A DNA stretch of 32,000 bases. Origin: Candidatus Omnitrophota bacterium. Lineage in GTDB: Bacteria > Omnitrophota > Gorgyraeia > Zapsychrales > JANLHA01. The DNA is taken from the NCBI GenBank assembly GCA_963662715.1, contig OY759724.1, forward strand, positions 2,520,001 to 2,552,000, read 5' to 3'. Shown here one piece after another: positions 26,341-32,000 of this stretch. The position numbers and the translations under genes were made by a program. Numbering within the stretch: the stretch's first letter is position 1; every line of letters begins with the position of its first letter. The notes beneath the pieces are model-generated. The model searched no databases, was not told the DNA's origin, and saw nothing but the letters and a program-made list of their open reading frames with translations.

Positions 26341-26883
26341 ATGTATACGATTTCGCAGTTAGCCAGAATGTTTCATTTATCACGAAGCACGATCCTTTAC
26401 TATGATTCTATCGGCCTGTTAAAACCGGATGAGCGCACAAATAAAAATTACCGTTTATATCAGCCGAGATCCGTAAAGAAATTGGAAATGATTTGTGAAT
26501 TGCGTAATACCGGTCTTTCTTTGAAGTCTATAAAACAGATCATCTCAAACCGGAAAGCCGAGAAAGATTCCGCTTTGCAGGAACGTCTTCATGCTATAAA
26601 TCAGGAGATCAATACCTTGCGCAAACAGCAGCAGGTGATCGTGAGCATGCTGCAGCGAAAGGATCCTGCCAGAAATATGCGGTATGTGAGCCGGGAGCAG
26701 TGGGTCAAATTTTTAAGGACGGCCGGGCTGGATGACAAAGGCTTGTATAAATTACACGTTACCTTTGAAACATCTTCCCCCGAAGGACATCAGGACTTTC
26801 TCGAATCCATTGGGTTGTCTGAAAAAGAAATAAAGCAGATAAGAGATGCGTCGAAAGAGGGCCTTCCCCCGGAGAAAACGTGA
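26341..26883 (+). CDS. MerR-family transcriptional regulator with unrecognised C-terminal domain
   Basis: N-terminal YTISQLARMFHLSRSTILYYDSIGLLKPDERTNKNYRLYQPRSVKKLEMICELRNTGLSLKSIKQII is the MerR HTH plus wing. A coiled-coil follows, then a roughly 65-aa domain with a PEGH motif. Confidence 0.85.
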   Translation: MYTISQLARMFHLSRSTILYYDSIGLLKPDERTNKNYRLYQPRSVKKLEMICELRNTGLSLKSIKQIISNRKAEKDSALQERLHAINQEINTLRKQQQVIVSMLQRKDPARNMRYVSREQWVKFLRTAGLDDKGLYKLHVTFETSSPEGHQDFLESIGLSEKEIKQIRDASKEGLPPEKT

Positions 26884-27169
26884 GAAAGCGCTAATTCCCG
26901 GTCCTTTTTGGGGAATATCCCTTCCCCGAGGCTTATAGCGATTTGACATATTAAATTTAAGTGATAAGATGTTGTTTGATTATGGGGAATAAGAAAATAA
27001 ATTATAAATTCCAGGAAAGACTATGCTTGCAGAAAGCTGATTCCACGCGTATCTATCGATTTAAATACCCTCATTTGTTTCACCCTCCACAATATTCTTT
27101 CTGACAATTCGATTGTTCTGTTTCTTCTCCGAATTCATTAAGTAGGTTAATCTGATCTTATAAAATATT

Positions 27170-27670
27170 ATGTTTAAAATTAAAGACAAAATATACCATC
27201 CTAAACATGGGTTATGCGAAGTAAAAGCTATTCTTATGAGGGAAGAGAAGCCCACCTATATCCTAAAACCTGCCGTGGCAGCCAAAAAGCTGCAGCGAAT
27301 TGAATTGAAACAAGAAAAAATTATGGAGACAGGGGTTTATCAGCCTGTCGGAAGAGATGGGGCAGAAAAGATAAATGATATTCTGAATAATAAACCTGGG
27401 AATATCTCGGAAGACAGAAGTGAAGGGTATAGAAACACAAAAGAAAAAATTTATTCTGGCGATCTTTTTAAGATCGCGGAAGCTGTTCGTGATTTAGAAG
27501 CGCTTAAGGATTTGTTGTTTCTCGGGGAAAAACGAAGGTTGCTGAAGTTGGCGAAAAACATTCTTATAAATGGCTTGTCCCATGCCAGCGGACAAGACAG
27601 CAAAGAGACTGAAAAATTCCTGGAGAAACAATTGTGTGTTTTCAGGAACACCATAAGCGATGATAGCTGA
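27170..27670 (+). CDS. carD: CarD/CdnL-family RNA-polymerase-binding regulator
   Basis: MFKIKDKIYHPKHGLCEVKAIL...KPTYILKP matches the CarD_CdnL_TRCF N-terminal Tudor-like motif (F.vGD.vvyp.hG.g.i..i). There is no SD. TATAAA (27159..27164) sits just upstream of the ATG, so the mRNA may be leaderless. Confidence 0.8.
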   Translation: MFKIKDKIYHPKHGLCEVKAILMREEKPTYILKPAVAAKKLQRIELKQEKIMETGVYQPVGRDGAEKINDILNNKPGNISEDRSEGYRNTKEKIYSGDLFKIAEAVRDLEALKDLLFLGEKRRLLKLAKNILINGLSHASGQDSKETEKFLEKQLCVFRNTISDDS

Positions 27671-27695
27671 TGCCTTTCTAAAAAAGGAGGGATAA

Positions 27696-28061
27696 ATGAA
27701 AAAGTGGAGATCGCTTGCCGGAAAGCATAGCATGTCTGGAATTGTTCTGAGTGCCGTTTCCGTTTTTGTGTTTTTTCTGTCCGGCTGTGCAACAGAAAGT
27801 CGTTATGTGAATAAGAATTACAATAACGCCAAAAAGCTTTATGCCCGGGGACAATATGCGGAAGCTTTGGATTATTACCAGAAATATATGTCGAATCATC
27901 CGGACAATAATCTTAATGAGGTTGTTTATTATTACATGGGGAGATGTTACGAAGAGACAGGAGAGCCGGGAAAGGCAAAAATCATGTTTGAGACGTTGAT
28001 AGAGAAATATAAAGAGGGATACTGGGTGGAACGGGCTGAGGAGAAACTTGAAACTTATTAA
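27696..28061 (+). CDS. TPR lipoprotein (YbgF/BamD-like repeat)
   Basis: SD aaaggaggg. Lipobox FFLSG-C. TPR-like YARGQYAEALDYYQKYMSNHPDNNLNEVVYYYMGRCYEETGEPGKAKIMFETLIEKY. Confidence 0.75.
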   Translation: MKKWRSLAGKHSMSGIVLSAVSVFVFFLSGCATESRYVNKNYNNAKKLYARGQYAEALDYYQKYMSNHPDNNLNEVVYYYMGRCYEETGEPGKAKIMFETLIEKYKEGYWVERAEEKLETY

Positions 28062-28100
28062 AATGGATCCCGCCGGGAGCCAACATCAGGAAGAAATATT

Positions 28101-28526
28101 ATGATTTATAACGGGAATAAAATCCAACTTTACTATACGTTAACTGTGGAAGGGCAAGTTATAAAAAGCAATAAAAATAGCGCTCCTTTAGAATATATAT
28201 TCGGCTCCGGGACACTCCCTTCTTTCTTGGAGGCCCGGATAGCGTCTTTAGAGCCTGGACAAAGAAAGACGATTGTTTTTAACCCGGAAGAGGCCTACGG
28301 GGCACGCGATCCCAAAGCCATTCTGGAAGTCCCGAGACCGGAAGAGACTGATGCCACGGACTTCATAGAGGGAAAGACTTTGCGATTAGAAAATAAAGAA
28401 AATGGCCAGGTCATGGCCGCGAAGATATTAAAAGTGAAAAAGGACAGCCTGGTTCTGGATATGAATCATCCTTTTGCCGGAAAAACTTTGCAGTATGATG
28501 TGGAAATTATTGCCGTAGAAAAATAA
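28101..28526 (+). CDS. FKBP-type peptidyl-prolyl cis-trans isomerase (SlyD/SlpA-like, cytoplasmic)
   Basis: ...LEYIFGSGTLPSFLEARIASLEPGQRKTIVFNPEEAYGARDP... and C-terminal DMNHPFAGKTLQYDVEIIAV are FKBP motifs with an IF-domain insert. Confidence 0.9.
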   Translation: MIYNGNKIQLYYTLTVEGQVIKSNKNSAPLEYIFGSGTLPSFLEARIASLEPGQRKTIVFNPEEAYGARDPKAILEVPRPEETDATDFIEGKTLRLENKENGQVMAAKILKVKKDSLVLDMNHPFAGKTLQYDVEIIAVEK

Positions 28527-28542
28527 AGGCGGGTGTCACGAA

Positions 28543-29049
28543 ATGAATAATCTTGCTCGTAAAGTTATAATGGTTGGAGCATTGTTGAGTGTCGTGTTAT
28601 GCGCGGCATGGGTCGAAGGGGGTAAGCTCATGATAAAAGAAGGAAGAAAGGTGAAATTTGATTACACCCTTGTTGTCGAAGGGCAAGAAATAGACAGCAG
28701 TTTAGGGCAATATCCCGTGGAATATCGTCATGGGGACGGGAAAATCCTGCCGGGCCTCGCAGCGGAGCTTGAAGGATTAAAAGAGGGAGATGAGAAAACA
28801 GTTATTCTTAACCCTGAAGAAGCATACGGCCAGCCTGACCCGCAGGCCATCAAGGAATTGCCCAAAGCTATTTTATCGAAAGATGATAAAGGGAAAGTCG
28901 GCGCGGTTGTTTCTTTAAAGACCCAGAGTGGAAGAACAATCCGGGGAATTATTCTGCAGATTAAAGAGAATACCTTTATCGTGAATTTTAATCATCCGCT
29001 GGCAGGTGAAACGATACAATTTAATGTTAAGATTCTTCAAGTACAGTGA
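28543..29049 (+). CDS. FKBP-type peptidyl-prolyl cis-trans isomerase with signal peptide (periplasmic paralog)
   Basis: N-terminal hydrophobic signal. VEYRHGDGKILPGLAAELEGLKEGDEKTVILNPEEAYGQPDP and NFNHPLAGETIQFNVKILQV. Paralog of the preceding gene. Confidence 0.9.
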   Translation: MNNLARKVIMVGALLSVVLCAAWVEGGKLMIKEGRKVKFDYTLVVEGQEIDSSLGQYPVEYRHGDGKILPGLAAELEGLKEGDEKTVILNPEEAYGQPDPQAIKELPKAILSKDDKGKVGAVVSLKTQSGRTIRGIILQIKENTFIVNFNHPLAGETIQFNVKILQVQ

Positions 29050-29101
29050 GATCGAGAAAGTCCGGGTATATTTATTCATAATGAAATGTTAAAGGGGGAT
29101 T

Positions 29102-29320
29102 ATGATAATTGAGTTAGGTATTATTTCCGGTGAAATTCTGATGTTTATGGATAAACAGAACGTTCCGGTCCCTATGCGGGAGATATACTCAAATTTTAAC
29201 TACTCAAAGGAGGACTTTTATATGGCTGTCGGGTGGCTTACGCGAGAAGGTATGATACATATAGAACAAGATATGAATAGTCAAGAATATATGGTTTCAT
29301 TGATAACTAAACAGTCTTGA
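29102..29320 (+). CDS. Small winged-helix protein (DUF2582-like, from memory)
   Basis: 72 aa. The pattern ..G.I..F.......V.M.EI........E.FYMAVGWLTREG.I resembles the DUF2582 wHTH family. SD aaggggga lies close to the ATG. Confidence 0.5.
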   Translation: MIIELGIISGEILMFMDKQNVPVPMREIYSNFNYSKEDFYMAVGWLTREGMIHIEQDMNSQEYMVSLITKQS

Positions 29321-29354
29321 TGTTTTATGTAAATAGAGGGGTGTTGACATAGAC

Positions 29355-29570
29355 ATGAAAAGCACTATTTGGTTTTATGACCGGGATTTTTACAAGTTAT
29401 TTATTCAAGAAAGAGACATTAAGGATGAAATATTGACCTGGGAAGGCTGTTCGCTGCAATGTCGTTACTATAATATTGACGGAGGAAATGCTTGGGATAT
29501 CCTTTTCCCGGTAAAATATTATAAGCGAATAGAAAAGCTGTTGGATCAAAATAAAAATAGACAAAAGTAA
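29355..29570 (+). CDS. Hypothetical protein (71 aa)
   Basis: Open frame only. Weak, distant SD (gagggg). No family recognised. Composition is coding-like (aromatic-rich, Lys-rich tail). Confidence 0.4.
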   Translation: MKSTIWFYDRDFYKLFIQERDIKDEILTWEGCSLQCRYYNIDGGNAWDILFPVKYYKRIEKLLDQNKNRQK

Positions 29571-29677
29571 GACTTACAGCCAGGGTATGGCGCAATTCAA
29601 CCTGGTTAAATTTTGCCGTTGGATAAGATCGACAGGGTGTCGTTCTGTAAGTTGATGGATAACACAAGGATTTGTTT

Positions 29678-29896
29678 ATGGCTAAAGAAGAAGGGATTGA
29701 GGTCAAAGGGATCGTGCAGGATGCCTTGTCGAATTCAAAATTCAAGGTAAAACTCGAAAATGGTCATAGTATTATTGCTTACCCATGCGGTAAGATGCGG
29801 AAGTTTTTTATTAGAATTTTGCCTGGGGACAAAGTTTCGGTCGAATTATCTCCGTATGATTTAAATAGAGGCCGAATCACCTACAGGTATAAATAA
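29678..29896 (+). CDS. infA: Translation initiation factor IF-1
   Basis: [13 protein letters not shown]...[48 protein letters not shown] is near-canonical IF-1. I prefer ATG 29678 over the track's TTG 29672. Confidence 0.95.
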   Translation: MAKEEGIEVKGIVQDALSNSKFKVKLENGHSIIAYPCGKMRKFFIRILPGDKVSVELSPYDLNRGRITYRYK

Positions 29897-30064
29897 AAGG
29901 GCCTTCCCCCGGCCCCTCAGTGACAAGATTTTCGTATGGGTTCCTTTTTTAGAATGTCTGTTAGGGAGAGGAGTTTTGCCGGTTTGATGGGGGCCGTAAT
30001 TTTTTCCCGGGGGATTCTTGTCTTTAGCGAGACAGGCCGGGCGGAGAGGTGCGTTTTGATTGAA

Positions 30065-30102
30065 GCCACCGCTTCTTAACGAGGCAGGTGGCATTTTTTT
30101 TT
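30065..30102 (+). terminator. Strong intrinsic terminator about 170 nt downstream of infA
   Basis: gccaccgc...gcaggtggc stem (30065..30092, one bulge), followed by a run of 9 T (30094..30102). Confidence 0.8.
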
Positions 30103-30187
30103 GAAAGGATAACCGCCGCATGTTTAAGACGGCGTTGCTGAAAAGAAAGAGGGTGTTTGATGATAAATGTTAAAATGGTACTTTATC

Positions 30188-30221
30188 ATCGTTTGTCAAT
30201 AATAAATTATTGACAAACGAT
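30188..30221. promoter_or_regulatory. 34-bp perfect palindrome (16-2-16) overlapping the -35 of the DUF2975/HTH operon promoter
   Basis: ATCGTTTGTCAATAAT-aa-ATTATTGACAAACGAT. The arms are exact reverse complements. Confidence 0.85.
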
Positions 30222-30237
30222 ATCACTCTGCTATAAT
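30210..30237 (+). promoter_or_regulatory. Consensus sigma-70 promoter TTGACA-16 nt-TATAAT
   Basis: TTGACA at 30210..30215, inside the right palindrome arm. TATAAT at 30232..30237. The first gene starts at 30275. Confidence 0.6.
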
Positions 30238-30274
30238 GCTATTCAGTCTAGATCATAAAAGAGGAGGATGCATT

Positions 30275-30817
30275 ATGGATAACAGGTCAAAGATTCAAAA
30301 ATTAAGTAAAATGTTTCACCGCTTTTTTTCTGTGCTTCTCGTTCTGATACCAATCTGCTATTTTTTCTATTGGACATTTATTAACTTCTTACCCGAGAGG
30401 TTGATTACGGTCAACATGGATGCCAGTCCTTTAATTCCTCACAAAATTTCTTTTCATCTGCAGATGATAGGAGCCGCAGCATGTTTATTGCCTCTTTCTG
30501 CCTTGGTTTTTGGAATTTTGAATTTAAGAAAACTTTTTTCCTATTATCAGGACGGGGTGATTTTTTCTGTTGAACAGGTGAAAATTTTTAAGAATATTTC
30601 AAAAGCGCTCCTGTTATGGGCTGTTTTATCCATTGTCTATGAATCCATTAAAAGTGTGTTGTTCTCCTGGGGAAACCCTCCCGGCAGCAGAGTCTTAGAA
30701 GTCGGCCTGAATTCAGGGCAAATAACGTCACTTATAATCGGGTTCCTTATGGTCGTTATTGCCTGGGTTATGGAAGAAGGGAGCGTTTTAGTTGAAGAAA
30801 GGGAACTTGTTATTTAA
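30275..30817 (+). CDS. DUF2975-family membrane protein
   Basis: I prefer ATG 30275 (SD aagaggagga 6 nt upstream). The track start 30236 lies inside the -10 box. Four predicted TM helices, the GVIFS..QVK.F..IS motif, and a C-terminal EEGSVLVEERELVI tail typical of the family. Confidence 0.8.
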   Translation: MDNRSKIQKLSKMFHRFFSVLLVLIPICYFFYWTFINFLPERLITVNMDASPLIPHKISFHLQMIGAAACLLPLSALVFGILNLRKLFSYYQDGVIFSVEQVKIFKNISKALLLWAVLSIVYESIKSVLFSWGNPPGSRVLEVGLNSGQITSLIIGFLMVVIAWVMEEGSVLVEERELVI

Positions 30818-30828
30818 CAGGAGATGCT

Positions 30829-31041
30829 ATGGCCATCATAGTTAATTTGGATGTGGTTTTGGCTCAACGCAAAATGAAATCTGTGGATCTCGCAAGGCTC
30901 ATCGGAATTACCGAGCAGAATTTGTCTATCCTGAAAACAGGAAAAGCCAAGGCGGTCCGCCTGACGACGTTAGACGCCATCTGCCGGCATCTTGATTGTC
31001 AGCCGGGAGATATCCTTGAATATAGACAGAATGGATCTTAA
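30829..31041 (+). CDS. YozG-like (Cro/C1-type) helix-turn-helix transcriptional regulator
   Basis: MAIIVNLDVVLAQRKMKSVDLARLIGITEQNLSILKTGKAKAVRLTTLDAICRHLDCQPGDILEY closely matches the short HTH protein that habitually follows DUF2975 genes. Confidence 0.9.
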   Translation: MAIIVNLDVVLAQRKMKSVDLARLIGITEQNLSILKTGKAKAVRLTTLDAICRHLDCQPGDILEYRQNGS

Positions 31042-31131
31042 GCGGCGCAGCCATCCCGGAGCATTCATCTTATCGCAAAGAATAATGACTTTAAGAGTGT
31101 TGAAATTCTCGTTCAAGAGTGACCATGCCAT

Positions 31132-31308
31132 ATGAATGAAAACATGTTGGATCAGCTGAAACGGCTCGAAGCGGAACATGACGTGAGGATTTTATATGCG
31201 GTAGAATCCGGCAGCCGGGCATGGGGCTTTGCATCACAAGACAGCGATGGAGAAGGTGCCGGGGAGGGCTTTGTAAATAGAGTTTTTTGTCCACAAGTTA
31301 AATTTTGA
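31132..31308 (+). pseudogene. Truncated remnant of a PF10127-type (RlaP-like) nucleotidyltransferase gene
   Basis: MNENMLDQLKRLEAEHDVRILYAVESGSRAWGFASQDSD matches the family's N-terminus (..lyavESGSrawGf.S.DSDyDvRfiY, from memory). After about nt 31248 the frame continues as unrelated GEGAGEGFVNRVFCPQVKF and stops. Full-length members are several-fold longer. Confidence 0.55.
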
Positions 31309-31332
31309 CTTTTCTATTAGTAAATATATACT
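31305..31332 (+). promoter_or_regulatory. Candidate sigma-70 promoter (TTGACT-16 nt-TATACT) for the tail-tube-like gene
   Basis: TTGACT at 31305..31310 and TATACT at 31327..31332, about 90 nt upstream of ATG 31422. Confidence 0.45.
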
Positions 31333-31421
31333 AATGATATATCAATTTTTTAAGTTATGGCGGTAGGCCCTGGCAAGGGCAGAGTTTTGTTTCAATGACC
31401 AGCAGATAGAAAGGAGAATGT

Positions 31422-31910
31422 ATGAAGGTATCCAGATTGACGGCAGCAATCATGGTATTGCTGCTTACCTGCGGTGCGGGGGTTGCCCAGAGTAAAGCCC
31501 CGGAAAGTGAAAAAAAGGATCAGGTTTATGCCGAAGTTGTGGTTCAAGGCGTCAACCTGGGAGACTTTCTGCTTGTCCAGATGCCTTCCGCGGAAACGGA
31601 AATCATCGAATATCAGGACGGAGACGATTCACTCTTAAGAAAAAGGCCGGGACGGACCCGTTACAGTAATCTTATCATCAAAAGATCTATTTCCGATGAT
31701 AACAGAATCATAGAGTGGTATGATGGTGTCAAGGCCGGTATGGTAGAGAGAAGAACAATCACTCTTATTGTAAAAGATGCTCGCGGTCAGGTTGTCGATA
31801 CACATACCCTGCTGAATGCTTGGCCGGCAGCATGGCAGGGCGGGGTTTTTGAAACAGCTGAATTCGTTCTTGAAGATATGGAGAGAGTTGTAGAAGAAGA
31901 GGAAGAATAG
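31422..31910 (+). CDS. T4 gp19 / phage-tail-tube-family protein (TIGR02241-like) carrying an N-terminal signal peptide
   Basis: SD aaaggagaa. MKVSRLTAAIMVLLLTCGAGVAQS looks like a Sec signal. The rest (..VVVQGVNLGDF..V...S.ETEIIEYQDGDD...RKRPGRTRYSNLIIKRSIS.DN.IIEWY.....G.VERRTITLIV.DARGQVV....LLNAWPAAWQG......E.VLEDME) follows the tail-tube family pattern (F.v.i.g...F.evsGl..e.ev.eyreG.....rk.PG...y.nitLkrG......l..W........v.r....i.l.d..g.....w.l.nAwP.k). Acidic EEEEE tail. Confidence 0.7.
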   Translation: MKVSRLTAAIMVLLLTCGAGVAQSKAPESEKKDQVYAEVVVQGVNLGDFLLVQMPSAETEIIEYQDGDDSLLRKRPGRTRYSNLIIKRSISDDNRIIEWYDGVKAGMVERRTITLIVKDARGQVVDTHTLLNAWPAAWQGGVFETAEFVLEDMERVVEEEEE

Positions 31911-32000
31911 ATCCGCGTTTGCGAAGGCCGGTGTTTTAACCAGCCGGCCGCAAGGCGGCAGGAATATTTTTTCCTCCCTGTCCTACTTTGCCCTACTTCG

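Noticed and set aside
29573-29651. tRNA-like cloverleaf upstream of infA
   Set aside because: It has a 7-bp closing stem, but the would-be T arm has a 3-nt loop, the arm spacing is wrong, and there is no GTTC/T-loop or D-loop signature. It is not a tRNA.
29861-30121. 86-aa minus-strand ORF downstream of infA, and the 47-codon plus-strand ORF at 29937..30080
   Set aside because: Neither has an SD. The minus-strand ORF overlaps the infA 3' end and runs through the plus-strand terminator, with a Pro/Lys/Gly-rich low-complexity product. I also looked for rpmJ in all frames and did not find it.

Overview
Gene-dense 32-kb segment with about 36 protein-coding genes on both strands and one gene fragment. 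I recognised no rRNA, tRNA, CRISPR array, transposase/integrase or known defence gene. It reads like the chromosome of an uncultivated diderm bacterium: TonB system, Phe-terminated beta-barrels, lipoboxes, a PEP-CTERM sorting signal, strong GGAGG-type Shine-Dalgarno sites. Left to right: 5'-truncated ankyrin-repeat gene; lipoprotein; three separately transcribed small RNA-binding genes (CspA, divergent CSD protein, RRM protein); TonB-dependent receptor-exbB-exbD-tonB operon behind two 21-bp palindromes; a 1295-aa C25 (gingipain-like) peptidase whose 3' third is eight near-identical 180-bp in-frame repeats encoding a cysteine-rich module; two SAM methyltransferases; a PEP-CTERM protein behind a perfect sigma-54 promoter; a dCache/HAMP chemoreceptor; a porin-like OMP; an orphan ABC substrate-binding protein; an rrf2-OMP-pstSCAB operon; a 58-aa ORF (below the ORF-track cutoff) plus a MerR regulator whose C-terminal domain it duplicates; carD; TPR lipoprotein; two FKBP isomerases; small wHTH protein; infA; a DUF2975/HTH pair behind a 34-bp palindrome; a truncated nucleotidyltransferase; and a signal-peptide-bearing T4-gp19/tail-tube-family protein at the right edge. 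I cannot defend a complete new multi-gene system here. The best leads are the MerR/stand-alone effector-domain pair with a 19-bp-spacer promoter, the secreted tail-tube-like protein at the edge, the mosaic and almost purely synonymous repeat array in the C25 peptidase, and the Rrf2-headed pst operon. All family calls rest on remembered motifs and hand alignment; no searches were run.
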